64,000 bases of DNA, from the NCBI GenBank assembly GCA_964106915.2, contig OZ066917.1; one strand, 5' to 3'. The notes under the pieces were generated by a model. It saw only the letters and a list, made by a program, of their open reading frames with translations, made no database searches and was not told where the DNA came from. Positions 12,200 through 25,235 of the stretch are shown piece after piece; the first letter of the stretch is position 1; every line of letters starts with the position of its first letter. Origin of the DNA: Podarcis gaigeae (lineage: Eukaryota). A program made the translations under genes and the position numbers.

Positions 12200-13160
12200 G
12201 CGCTTAAGACTATGCAAAGAGACTCTTCCTCCGAATAACCTCTGCAGAAGCATCTCTCCGGTGATGCGTTTCCTCGTGTGAGAGAAAGCTAACAAAAAAA
12301 ACAAAAGCCTACCACCGCCATTGGGGCAATAGCTGTTTTTGTGAAGAGCAGCGAGGAGCTTTTGTGAAAAGCCGGCGAAGCGGGCATTATTTTTAGCTTG
12401 GCCGCCGGCCATCCCGAGGGAGCGCGTGCGAGCAGGGAGGCGCAGGCTGCGTCGCCACAGCAGGTGAACAAGCCGCTTCGGCCTTTCCTTCCAGCCAAGG
12501 GGAACTGGGGGCTAAGCCATGATGCTTTCAAAAAGCCGCCAGCCTGAGCGGCGAGAAAAGCAAGCGCCGACCTGCTTTTGTCCTTCGGTATAGCAGCAGC
12601 TCGGCACCGGCCCTAGTCTTTCCTCCTCCTCCCCGGGCGTCAGGCCGCGTGCGCAGCCAAAAGGCGCATCAAAATGGGGAGAGTTGGAGGAAAATCAGAG
12701 GGTGAGTAGAGAGGGTCGCCGCCGGGAGCCTCCCAGAATAAAAAAAGGCGGGAAGGGAGAAGGTGGCGGAGAAATGGGGAAACCGACAGAGCAATCCTCG
12801 GCTTGTTTACTGGGAAGGAAGGAAGGGGGCGTTTTCGGAGGGGCTTTGCTCCCGTGTAAATGGAGACGAGATTGCAGGCTCGGGATTCCGCGCTCTGCCT
12901 CGCTAGCTAATTCGCGTGTTGCTCTCAGACGCGGCAGGACTGGATGCGGTAGGAAAACCAGCCCAGCGAGAGGAAATAGCCCTTCCCCTCACTCGAAAGC
13001 TGCAGCTTCCCGCGAGGAGGGGGCGAAGCGGATCGGCGACTCCCCTGCGATCCTTGCCGAAGCATTGATGGCGCAGGGAGTTATGGGGTGGGAGCGGAGC
13101 GGAGGGTTTAATGCGGCAGCAATAGCGAACGAGAATGGTCACGGTGATTTCCTCTGCGTC
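12200..13160. promoter_or_regulatory. CpG island; probable promoter and first non-coding exon of the CAP-Gly gene
   Basis: Abrupt CpG/GC-rich, apparently non-repetitive block in an AT-rich background; NRF1-like GCGCGTGCG (12422) and GCGTGCGCA (12647); consensus donor AGG|GTGAGT at 12701/12702. Confidence 0.7.
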
Positions 13161-14559
13161 TAACAGCTTCATACCTGGTTGCATTGAGGGTATTAGTATT
13201 ATTATACAGTACTCCTATTCCAGGTTGTATTTGATGCAGTAATTATATTGTATTTTGTATTTGATGCAGTAATTATAATGAAAGCCTCTTCGGGTCCCCT
13301 AAACACATTATCCACAAGGTGGCTCCTTGCATTTTGTATCTCTCTTTAAAAAAAGAAAAAAAAGTTGTGCGAACATCCTAGCAAGTTAAAAACCGTGTAG
13401 CCAGCAGGATTGACAACACAGTATTCAAATGCACCTGCCAGCGTAATAACTTTGTGCTGCAAAGAAATGGTAGCTCTTAAATAAAGTGGGGTTGGGGGTG
13501 TATGTTTTTTTAGGGATGTTGAAATTTTGGTTTGGCTGCTGGGTTTCCCTCTTGTTGGGGTGGCACTTAGGGTGCTTAGAAGGATGTTTCTCTGCTATTG
13601 CTGAATGGTTCTGAGCCCAAATGAAGTAATTGGAGTGCTTGATGTTAAAGGAGAACATAAATACAGCAGGCATTGTGGAAACCTGGTAGAATGAAGGGTG
13701 AGATATGGTCATCTCTAGATAAAAATGCTATATAGCAGTGGCGACTTAACTTTTTTCGGCTTGAAAGCCGCATTCACTGTATGCCAGCCCTCTGAGGGCC
13801 ACATGGCACTGGTGGGCATGGCCAAAGCAAAAGTGGGTGTTGTTAAAGCAGGCATTGCCACCCCATCCACCCCCCCCATCTCACAAACAGCATATGCACT
13901 CACCACAGATACCACAGACAGAGAGATCTGAGGGGGGCATTCAAAAGGCTTTCTTCCCTGCCCAGTGTGCACTATCCCTTCTTGCAAGGGGGGGTATACT
14001 GGGTTAGAGAGGTGAGGGACTTTTATCCAGCGGTGGGGGGGGGGTGGCTGCAAGGATTGCCAGTAAACGGGGTCAAGGATGACCAACCATCGCAATGGCT
14101 TAGTGTGCCTGATCTGGGTTGCAGATTTGCTATGTCTGCTTTACAAGAAGGATAGGGGAGGGAGTGGTGTCACTCTATAGTTCAAGGATATGGTGTCAAG
14201 CAAATTGAGAGGAATCTCAGTTTTACTTTACCTTTACCCTGTTTTTCATGTAATTATCTCCTAAAACACCTCACATCAATTAAAAAACAGATAGGCGCAG
14301 TGCCATTACAAAGAAGCACAAGAGAAGTGAAAAGCAAAGGTAGAGGAGATATATCAGTTCTTTGAGGCCAAAACAAAGAGATGAGCAGGCATTTATATCC
14401 ATTGGGGCCAGGATGATCTTTCCTTGAAGGCATCATTGCTTGAGTTGGCAGCTCTTTTTTTCTTTTCTTTTTTGACCAGCTGATGGAGCCAGCACACCCT
14501 TTCCCCCATGCTTCTGCACAAACATGTAACTAAAATGATTAAGGGGCCGGATGGAGCAA

Positions 14560-15010
14560 AGAGCAGCTCCTCTTTGCAGAATGGTTACAAAGTTTGGGCT
14601 TTTTAGATTAGAAAATATTAAAGCAATGCATAAAATCAGGCACCATCTGGAAATCCATTCGCATAATTATAGAATCTGATATTATCCAATGGTTCCAGAT
14701 GCTGGAAGATTCAGGACAAGACCCAAGGAAGTACATCATTGCATAGCACGTAATTAAGCTATGGACATAGCGATGCCACCAACTAGGATGACTTTAACAG
14801 GGGATTAGACAAATTCGTGGACTATATACTGCATCCGGTATCAAAAGCAGTATGCCTCTAAAATACCAGTTACTGAGGAGCACCAGCAGGCAAGTGCTAT
14901 TGTACGTATGTGCTGCTGGTGGGCTTCTCATAGGTGTCTGGTTGGTCATTTTAGGAAGACAACGCTAGGCTGAACGGGCATCTAGTCTGATCCCACTGGA
15001 TTCTTCTTCT
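14560..15010 (+). mobile_element. Degenerate CR1 LINE 3' fragment
   Basis: GAGCAGCTCCTC..GGTTACAAAGTTTGGGCTTTTTAGATTAGAA and GGATGACTTTAACAGGGGATTAGACAAATTC plus CR1-type 3'UTR. Confidence 0.65.
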
Positions 15011-17796
15011 GTCTGAACAAAATAGAGTGAAACATAAAAAAGTATATATAGACATCTGTTCACAGTTTGGGAATGACATTGCTGGCTGACATTTATTGGG
15101 TGTGTGGGTGTTTGTGTTTGTGTATAAAGCTAAGAAATAGTCTTTTCCCTCTTATTTTGATTCTCTAAAGTAGATTTTGGAAGGAAATTTCAGAAAGCCA
15201 TTTTTATTCTCTTAAATACTTAAAGAATTCTACAAATAACCCATACCTTCCTAATTGCCCTCTGCTATCCAGTGCCATTATAATCAATGTGAGTTTTGTT
15301 TGTTAATTAATTAATTAATTTCTATACTGCCCTCCATCTGAGTATCACAGGATGGTTTACAATATTAAAACACAAAAATACATGTGCCTTGATTCTGATT
15401 TCATCACACCCTGGATATCAAAATATATTGAATGTCATATTTGTCCATGATTTATGATGTCTTAACAAGTTTGTATGGCTTCTGACTAGATTTACAGTAA
15501 GCTTCTTTATCAGTTTCTGTCAAATTGCGATGTGAATTTAAAATTCAATATGGGAATTACGAAAAGTGATTAAGGAAAGCAGTCCCAAGCCAGTACCAAA
15601 TAATGTGGCAAACTACTGGTGAGAGACAATTCTGATGAGCTTATTACTATTCTTAGCCCTGATTAGCCCACAGTAATAATCCACTAGCACCAATTGAACT
15701 CTTCCAGTAAAACCTTCTGTATGGGTGTTGATGCCAAAGCATATTACAGTAAATGGGATTTTCAGCATTCCTTTCTGTGCATAGGTGCCAACTCCCAGGG
15801 GTCAAGGTCCCTTCAGCCCCTCCCCCCCAAAAAAAATATTTGAGGAGGCCAGGGCCTCACAAATTTGATAGGCATTGCCATTCAAATGGTGTGCATGCAC
15901 TGTGTCATGTGGTCGATTATGCAAGGTGGTGCTTACCTGCCCCCCCGTCCCCCAGTATTTTATTTCTGTGGGATGATGTTTGCTTGTTATTAAGAAGTCT
16001 GAGAAAGACCTCCTACACAGTTTTGAATAATTAAACATTACTGCTACCACATTAATTTAGAAGCCTTTTCGGCTACAATAATATAAATAAACAGCCTGAA
16101 ATCCAGGTCACTAAATAATCAATATGACTTTTTAAACTTTGGACAGCGCTGCACACACAAGCCGCACCTCCAACCTCCCTAGGTATGCTTCTCTTTTAGA
16201 TGTCTGCAGAGGTCTGTTTTATTATAAAGCTACTCATGGCCAGAGCTCTGCCTTATCAGGGATTCCAGTCACGGGGAGGTTTCTAAGTGTGTTCAACCAA
16301 AAATGCTTGGAAATCCTTGCATGCAAGCTTCAGCCTCCCACCTGCAATCTAAGGCATTGCATGTTCAGATTCTAATATCTGCTTCAATATCTGAAGCAAT
16401 ATGTGGATATACTTGAAAAACTAGATGAGATTTTGATTTTAAGAAAGGTTTCAGAGGTAATAAATGTTTCAGAGGCTTTAAATGCTGGGAGGCTTTAAAT
16501 CAATAATGGGAGAGACAGCAAAATAATTCTATAGCTGTCAGTTGATGGTCAAATGCTCTATGCAAAGGGACCACAAACTGCTCATTGGAGAACTAAAAAT
16601 TGCTTTAAAAAATGTTTATATTAGGGAAAATGAAAGCAAAAGGAAGAAAATAAACATTCAGGTAACCTCCTGTATAACTATTCCAGTGGAATGAAAATTC
16701 TGTGCACTGTTTAAAGGAAAAGCGCTTCAAATTGCTTAGCAATAATCATCTACCGGTAATTTCTCCCTCTTACGTACAGAGTGGATATATCTGTACACTA
16801 TATAGTGGTTTCTGGAAAGTGAACATCTTCCAGCTCAGTACATTTTTCATATCCTGTTAAATAAATTCTATTTTTAAACTTTCATTAAGCAAATCTATAA
16901 TCCACTCGCATTCATATCTCCACAGAATAAAGCATAAAAAGAAATATGAATATGTGTAGGCAGCTGCCTTAGGTACTGTAACTAGGGATAATGCCTTTGT
17001 TTGCCTCAGAATTCTGAAATATATGCCAAAGTAAAATCCAGGCCCCTAAATCCAGATTTACCTTTTTTCTTGGTGAATTCTTCTCCAATATGTGTGCTGC
17101 TTTGTTGGAGAAGGTTTCAGTGTGTAAATATTAATTGATGACTTGAATAATTTACTGAACATATGGCAAGCCTATGGGCATACTGAGAATTACCTGATCC
17201 ATTGCATTGTTCAATATGTGCGGCATATGAAATTGAGCTGTCAGATATTGTTTAATTAACCTTCACTTCCTTTTTTCACTTCAAAACATATTTATCCCTC
17301 AGGCCTTTGGTTCTGTTACAGTTTTGTCACCTCCTGACTTCATTTTATGTGGTTTTTTCCCTTATTCTTCTCTTGTGTCATACATCACTGCAGATAGATG
17401 AGCATTGTGTTACAACCAGCTTCTGCAGGTGCAACCTTTTAGATTACACAGAAGTCTTTGTCAGTAAGAAGGTTAATTCTCAATATGTATATTGCATATC
17501 TGCTGCTTTTAGATGATGTGAATAATAAATATACCCAAATTCCTTCTCCTGGTCATAACAAGATCCCAATTCTCCAGAAAGTTTCATTTTGCATGGAGAA
17601 AAAAAACACATTTTATATCATTGTTCTTTCTTTACAAACCTCTCATTAAGGGCTTTCACTGTGTTAATTTATATCTGAGGAAGCTTTTAAATTTTCCTTC
17701 TCTCATTCATGTTCTGAAAGCATACAGTTGAATCCTATAGATGCCTTCTACTCACAGATAAGTCCCTTGGAGTTTAATGGGACTTTCTTACATATA

Positions 17797-18017
17797 CAGT
17801 CATACCTCGGGTTAAAGTCGCTTCAGGTTGAGTGTTTTCAGGTTGCGTTCCAAGGCGACCCAGAAGTAACGGAATGGGTCGCTTCCGGGTTTTACCACTC
17901 GCGCATGCGCAGAAGCGGTGAATCGCGACCCGCGCACGTGCAGACGTGGGTTGTGTTCTGCTCAGGATGCGAATGGGGCTCCGGAACAGATCCCGTTCGC
18001 ATCCAGAGGTACCACTG
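17797..18017. mobile_element. Tc1/mariner (Tigger/pogo-like) MITE, 221 bp
   Basis: TA|CAGTCATACCTCGG ... CCAGAGGTACCACTG|TA; CpG-rich. Confidence 0.8.
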
Positions 18018-19451
18018 TATATAGAATTGCAGTGTACCATAGCTCCGCCCTCAAATTTAAATATTGCTTTTAAAAACACTATTTTTTAAATTATGCAGAA
18101 TTTGGACCAATGAGCTTGAATATTCAGAACATTTTTAATTCCCCAAAACTGAGAAGACCCTTACATAAGTCTTTAATATCCAAAAAAGGGAACAGACTCT
18201 CCAGTATCATACTCTCCAATGTATGAAAGCAGAGTTTCTAATGTGGCTGGCTAACAGAGAGCTAACTACTAACAAAATAATTAGCATGACAGTTGCAAAC
18301 TGTAGGCTAGAACCATAGTTAACCTTTAGCTCATCTAGAATTGTGTGATTTGATACCTGCCCGGAATGAATTTAAAACATGTGCAATATAAGTAACCTTG
18401 CAGTAGGTATAAGTTGAAAATTGCCTTTTTCATTCTCTTGGGCAGAAAAAGGCACAAAATGGAAAAAGCACTGACTTTTGGCTGAGAATGAAGAATGCAA
18501 GCACACTGTGACTGCCCTCCTGATTCTCTTCCTTTAGCCACAGCTTGAAGTTACATTCACCTGACATTATATATGACACTGGGCCCAGGAAAAGTGAGTG
18601 TAGTTTGCCCACAATGCCTTGGTGGGACAAACACTGAGCCCTGGTGGGTATAATTAGATCCATGGGCCAAAGTTTTCCCACAGCTGTTGAAAACCATGGG
18701 TGGGTATTGTGGTCACTTTTGTACACAAAGTGCAAGCATGCAAACTTCCCTTTCCTGATATGTACAGAAGGTTTTTTCCCAGTGGGTGCTTATTAGTTCC
18801 TGTGGTAGTTTATACTTATCAGTGACAGCTGGTCTCTGTTGGGCCTAGTGATTTCTATTGAAGAATAATCCTAGCATGTAGAAGTTTTACTCAACAGTAG
18901 ATGGTAATATCTTTCCTTAGAAATTAGTCAGAAATCATATGCACTATTTCACAAAATGAACAAAGACTGCAGCCTTCTACTCTCTTATCTGAGGGTAGCA
19001 AGCCTTATTGAACTCAATGGAGGTTACTTCTGAGTAGGCTCAGTAAATTTATCTGTACCTGTTTGTTGCAGGCGGGAGGGGGGAGAGTTACATTTCTGCA
19101 TTTCGTTTCCCTCTGACAATAAGAATCTGGTAAATTCTGGGTTGATGATAATATTAATGATCATCCAACATTTATATAACATGGATATCTATGCTTACAG
19201 TATCAGAGACAGTAGACCTTGCTCCCTCTTTTTCTACATACACCTACGCTTTTAAGAGCTGCGGGAGAAGCAGATACTCAACATATACCTTACCCAAGAA
19301 TGGAAATTTTGGAGTCTGCTGCCCTCAAAGTCTATGAAAATGCTTCATTCTATAAGTCAATATGAAAAGCGCACTACATTTTCAACAGCCAAACTAAATT
19401 GTAACCACATATTAGTAAAAAAATAATAATAGGGCTGCTACTGCAGGTTGT

Positions 19452-19560
19452 ATTGTTATTGTTGTTGTTGTTGTTGTTGTTGTTATTATTATTATTATTA
19501 AATTTAATTTGTATACGGCCCTATACCCACAGGTCTCAGGGCAGTTCACAGGATAACAGA
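19452..19560 (-). repeat. (TTG)n(TTA)n microsatellite forming the tail of an L2-type 3' end
   Basis: Repeat followed by AATTTGTATACGGCCCTATACCC..CTCAGGGCAGTTCACA. Confidence 0.6.
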
Positions 19561-21837
19561 TTTCACAGATTGTAAGCACTGAAAAGATTCTTGCCTTGTT
19601 GGCTCTCAAAACATGTTTCTGCAGCCTACAAAGAAACAATTACCAGTGCACAGGCTCAGAACAGCAAAAGCATAATTCTTGTGACTGGCTCTGGGGGGCT
19701 GCTGTAGATCCACCCTGACACCTTTGTTAATCTGACATGTCTTGATATGCTAATTGTGTGTCCTGATTGGGTAGTGCTGCCATCCAAGAGGAAGATAGAA
19801 ATCTGGCCAAACCGAGGATCTAGCAGCCCTGGTAAAATGTGCCCCAACCCAGAGACAAGAGGTGGAGACCTGCTTGCATAGCAGTGCTTTGTGACTGGCT
19901 GCGCAGAAAGGCAATTTCCCCTTGGAATTGTTTCTGTCTTTGCAGTGAGCTAGGCAATCACCTCTCTGCATAGCCACTTACAAGGTATAGATTTATGGTC
20001 TTTATAGGGAATTTTGGGGGACAGGGTTTGGTGGGACAGTGCACTGGTAGCCCTGTTTGAGAAACCGCTCCTTAGACATTCAATTTAAAGCATGCTTATG
20101 AGTATAACAAAGAATCAGAAACCACAATTAACATACATTCTTCATTTCCCGCAGTGGGCTCTGCAACCTTCTGTAGTCAATTTTGTTCTGTATTTTCCCA
20201 TAACAGCCAGTAGCATTGTTAAACTGTTTGTGATAAATAGCTCCAGATGCTTTTAAATTAAAAGAACATTTTAGTTAAGCCTCTTCGGGGAGCAGTAAAA
20301 AAAAAAAAAGAACTGCATTTTACTTATTTGTCCTGTCACTTCTACTTCCAGATGGCCTCGTCAACATCTGCTGCAATTGAGACATTTCACTGCAATAAAG
20401 ATTAAATAGCTGTGTTGAATGGCCATTCTCTGAGGTTCAAGACTCTCTGCATTTCTGGTAAATTCTATGAAAATACAGAAAACGTGATACTTCAGAGTAT
20501 AGTGAAAGGGTTTTGTGTGTCGCAATTTATCCATGACATCTTTCTACATGATTAATTTGCTGTGTGTACAACTGATGTTGTGTGCACTAGCTGTGGCAAT
20601 CATATGTTATGTTTCAAAGACTGAGGAAGGAAAATAAGCATGTCCCCCGTCCTCTCCCCCAAGGGAAGGGAGAGAGCGAGGAAGGGGAAAGGCCCCCCAG
20701 CAACACAGCGCCCCCCACCCAGTATGCAGCCAGAAGCAGCAAGGAAGGGAGGTGGCTTATATTCAGGTGCAGCTTATATTCAGGCCAATACGGTATATAT
20801 AAACCCACCCACACCAACACACCCCAAAGAGCCTTACAAGTGACAAGTCAGTGGGGTTAATCCTCTACCAGTCATACTCAGATTATACTTCAACTTTCCC
20901 TTCATATCCACTTCAAATCATAGTCCCAAATATAAACTTTGGTGCCCTCTAAAATGTAACTATTTTAGTCTATTCCTCTTCCACTGGTACGTGCAAACTT
21001 CAAAACTGGTCTTTAACGACAGCCTCCTGTTTCTTTATTATGATCTCCCTTTGGAGAGTAATTTGGACTACATTTTCTGTAGCTGATGAAGAGGCCACTG
21101 TATGAAATACTCAACCTCAGGGTTTTTGTTTATTTGTTCTAAGGTAGGATTGGCTGTCTTGAGTGCATTTTCTTTGGTATACCACATTCATTTTGAATGC
21201 CTGTTCTCAGGCCTGCCTGATTTAAATATTTCCTTTATTGTTGGTTGTTTTAATCCTGTTGTTACCCCGGCTTGGGATATGAATATAAACAGCTAACTAT
21301 ATAGATAGATGTCCCTATTTGAGTCAAAATGCTTCAGAAGTTGGTTGGGGCAAGGATAATGCATCGGTAGCCTTATGTTGCTAAGAAATGCACTGTAAAC
21401 AGAAAAAAACTGTTGAGTTACTACTTCTCCAAAGCTGGAAATTATCCATTTCCCCACTGCCCTATAACAGATTACTAGGAATACAAGGCTGATAGATCAG
21501 CATCTTTGTCCTGATTGACATTATTCCAGACAGGCTTGATGCCTGCCCCAAGTGGTTTCTGTTTTCCCACTACAAGTATTTAGTCTCTCTTTAAAGGGAA
21601 AATCATCTATCACCATGGATCCAGTATAATTTCCCTGCTGAGGAAAGTAATAAATTTGATTACCACAAGCTTTGCGACACCTTCCCGTTTATGGCTTTTC
21701 TTGAACCTCAAGGGAGTCCATGACTTTCACATGCAAATGGTGTCTGCACAAGGTTTTGCTTGTGTGCTTGAAGGGTATGATCTGAAGACACCTGAGGTTA
21801 CTGCTTTGCTGGAGCTAAGCAGGGCTGGGTCGGGACT

Positions 21838-22440
21838 GCAGATAAAGGTGAATTTCATGCTGGGGATCTTTAGGAAGGGGGTTGAAAATAAAACTGCCAA
21901 TATTGTACTGCTCTTACATTTGGAATACTGTGTACACATCTGGTCACCTTGTCACAGAAAAAGATGTAGAAATGGAAAGGTTTCAGAAATGGGCAACCGA
22001 AATGATCAAGGGATCGGAGCATCTACCCTTTGAGAAAATGTTACAAAATTTGGGCTTTTTCCTTTAGGAAAAAGGCAAGCAGTGCATGAGAGAGACTTCT
22101 TCGCACAGGACATAGTTAAAGTATGGAATTTGCTTCCACAAGATGTAGTCATGGCCACTAACAGTGTCGGCTTTGAAAGAGGATCATGGGCATTCATGTG
22201 CAATGGTTGTTAGCTATGATGACTGTGTTCTACCTCTTTTTGATCAATGGTTACTAGCTATCTCCACCTCCCACTGTGGAGGCACTAAGCCTCTGAATAT
22301 CAGTTGCTAGAAATCACAAGTGGGGAGACTGGCGTTGCAGTCAGGTCCTACTTGTGGGCTTCCTATGTGTTGGATGCACTGGGAATACAGAGCTAGGTGG
22401 TCCTTCGGCCCAATCCAGAAGACCTCTTCTTATGTTCTTG
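21838..22440 (+). mobile_element. Degenerate CR1 LINE ORF2 C-terminus and 3'UTR
   Basis: Fragments MLGIFRKGVENKTANIV / HLEYCVHIWSP / ERFQKWATEMIKGSEHLPFEKMLQNLG across frameshifts. Confidence 0.85.
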
Positions 22441-23637
22441 TGAAAGGCAGGATATAAATGCAAGAAAAACAAACAAACCCTACAAGCACAACGTGATCCA
22501 CAGAGAGCAACGGTCTTAAAAAGATATGCAGTGTTTCATTTCTCATAAACAGCTTGCCATCAATATGTACATTCCTCTGCGGAAGAGTCAAAAGCAAAGA
22601 TCAGGAGCGCTGAGGGGGGGGGGGGAAACACATCCAAGATTATTGCTGCGACCATACAGCCCTGACTCAGTTCCAAAGCTATCTGATCTGTGTAAGGCTC
22701 CACTGTTATGACAGTCAATACAAATGTAATAATCACAACTTCCCCGCCAAGTCATACAGGGAATTGTGGTGAGATGCTGATAATTCTTTTTAAAGGCCCT
22801 CACAGAACTACAAGTCCCATGGTTCACAGGAAAGAGGGGAATGACTAGTATACGTATGTCCTCAAAATTGTTGTGGGGAGAGGGGACTGATACTTGCACA
22901 CCTGGGCTATATCTCTTCTTGTACCTGTAATCTCAAACCCACCATAATTAATGGTAAGTCAACTAGCTCGCAAGCATTGTTGTATCTGATAACATAGGTT
23001 GTTGCTTGTGAGAGGAGAGCCCATGCTGCTATACACCATTAAATCTCTGAGCTGTCATTTTTGCTACTAGAAACCCAGATGCTAGAACACTGGTATAACT
23101 TTCCTGATCCTCTGGGTAAGAACCCCTCTCCCCTAACATTCATTCCATTGGGAAACACTGTGCTCTCTACTTTTAAATTGGCAATAACTGCTGCAAGCAT
23201 TTTAATGCATTGAGACAGTGTAAAATTAGAAATGGGCTGTAAAACACAATTCTGCAGATCCGCAGTACGAAAGATATATGACATGTAGAAGAAATATTTT
23301 TCATGCTTTTGCATCTTAAATTAATTCACTATATAGAAATATTATTCTACACAAAATAAAACTAGAAGCTAGTTCTTAGGTTGGGCTTTTATTTCATAGG
23401 GTAGGGTTCAGTTACAGAACAGACCCTTTGAAATTAATGTACCTAACTTAGTCATGTTCATTAATTTCAATGGGTCTGTACTGAACCCATAATAAGTATT
23501 CCGATTGAATAATTGAGGCGGTAAATGCAAGATGAACAACATTTATTCCCATTCATAAGTGAATATCCCACATTGGGTAAGGTAGTAGGGTGATAACAAC
23601 CAACCTAAACAGCCATTAAAAGTTGCCTATGAAAGAT

Positions 23638-23827
23638 TGGGTAAGATTGAGGGTGCAAGGAAAAGGGGACAAAAGAGGACTGGATGGTTGGACAGTGTTC
23701 TCGAAGCTACTAACATGAGTTTGACCAAACTGCAGGAGGCAGTGGAGGACAGGAGTGCCTGGCGTGCTCTGGTCCATGGGGTCATGAAGAGTCGGACACG
23801 ACTAAACAGCTAAACAACAACAACAAC
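23638..23827 (+). mobile_element. BovB (RTE) LINE 3' end with (CAA)n tail
   Basis: KIEGARKRGQKRTGWLDSVLEATNMSLTKLQEAVEDRSAWRALVHGV..; GTCGGACACGACTAAAC..(AAC)n. Confidence 0.9.
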
Positions 23828-24630
23828 ATGCAAGTCACAGCTTTTCTGGCATAGCCCTTGTTCTAGTTATAACCTCCAATTTAAAAAATGAATAGTTATT
23901 ATTTTGTTTCACACAGTTAACCTCTGTGTTGAAAACACAGCATGAAATAAGTGTTCTAATGCTGAAATAATACTCTATGGGATATTAAATATTAAACTTC
24001 AATATTTCACCACAGAAAAGTATGCACTCCAACTGGATATGTCTTTGCTGTCCATAATACTAAGCTTCATTAACTCTTTTAATTTACAGTAACATTCACC
24101 AACACACTTTAAAATGAGCATGAACAGTTACTGCATGTTCATAAAAAATGCTCTTAATGTATATTAAGAAATAATTGCATAGACACAAATCATTAACAGT
24201 TAAGTCTTACTAAATATGTTTTAATATTACCACTCTCAGTTAATTTACACTGTCTTATTAAGTTGAGATAGCTACATTTAATGACAGCTAATGTGTTTTC
24301 AGATACTACTGGTACCTAATTATAACCTTAAAAATAACACTTGCCCACCAAGCCACTTTGTAAGCAGTTCCCTGCTTGTGACATTTACTTGCATTTTGAA
24401 GGAAGGGCTAACCTCTGGCAGCAGCAGCAGCAGCGTCCTTAGTGTCTGCATTCATTCCATGGGGCTTCATGCCCCAGCCTTTGTCAGCAGATAGCAAAAA
24501 TAGCAGTTTCTAGCTGATTCAGTAGCTTCTGCCATACTTTCAGGGCAGATGCTGTCCCATGGCTACAGTGATGATGTACGGTTTAATTATTCACATGAAA
24601 CATAATCAAGCATAGAAATGGGAAAACCCA

Positions 24631-24796
24631 ATGAAAGTGATGAGTGGGGTGCTGTGGGATTCTCTCCTGGGCCCATCATTGTTCAACATCTTTATAAATG
24701 ACTTGGACAAACGAATTGAGATGCTCATCAAATGTACAGATGACTCCAACCAGGGAGGAGTAGCTAATGCCACAGAAGGCAGAATTGGGATTCAAC

Positions 24797-24797
<1 letters not shown>
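24631..24797 (+). mobile_element. CR1 reverse transcriptase remnant
   Basis: SGVLWDSLLGPSLFNIFINDLD..LIKCTDDS resembles the CR1 motif SGVPQGSVLGPxLFNIFINDLD..FADD. Confidence 0.8.
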
Positions 24798-24829
<32 letters not shown>

Positions 24830-24905
24830 TTTCGTAGATTTTCACGGGTACAGGAATGCAGGTTTTGGTGTCCTCGGGTGTCTTCCCGTGTAAAAGTTGG
24901 GGTGT

Positions 24906-24950
24906 CTAGGCGACGTTTCGACGAGGTCTCACTCGTCATCTTCAGGCTGG
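24906..24950 (-). ncRNA. Minimal hammerhead ribozyme-like motif (Penelope type), antisense copy
   Basis: Reverse complement CCAGC-CTGAAGA-T-GACGAG-TGAGAC-CTCGTC-GAAAC-GTC-GCCTAG. Confidence 0.6.
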
Positions 24951-25190
24951 TGCTTTCGGCTTCTTGTTACTGGAACAGAGCGGGATCTCAATGTTTGAGT
25001 TCCTATAAATACTGTAGAGGGGGTGTGGTGTCTAGCCTCCAATGTTCTGGGCAGAGAGGAAGTTCACTAGCCTGGGAACTTCCTCTCTGCCCAGAACATT
25101 GGAGGCTAGACACCACACCCCCTCTACAGTATTTATAGGAACTCAAACATTGAGATCCCGCTCTGTTCCAGTAACAAGAAGCCGAAAGCA

Positions 25191-25235
25191 CCAGCCTGAA
25201 GATGACGAGTGAGACCTCGTCGAAACGTCACCTAG
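25191..25235 (+). ncRNA. Minimal hammerhead ribozyme-like motif (Penelope type), sense copy
   Basis: CTGAAGA (25196-25202), stem II GACGAG/tgagac/CTCGTC, GAAA-C-GTC. Confidence 0.6.

Noticed and set aside
12684-13163. 159-aa ORF in the CpG island
   Set aside because: Starts at a non-ATG codon, reflects stop-poor GC-rich DNA, has no recognisable domain and spans a consensus splice donor.
19201-19985. Possible additional upstream exons of the CAP-Gly gene
   Set aside because: Some AG/GT sites exist, but the frames close and the in-frame stop before ATG 25665 prevents joining; not supportable.
24676-25191. Mirror-image ORFs on both strands
   Set aside because: Artefact of the palindrome and (TA)n repeats.
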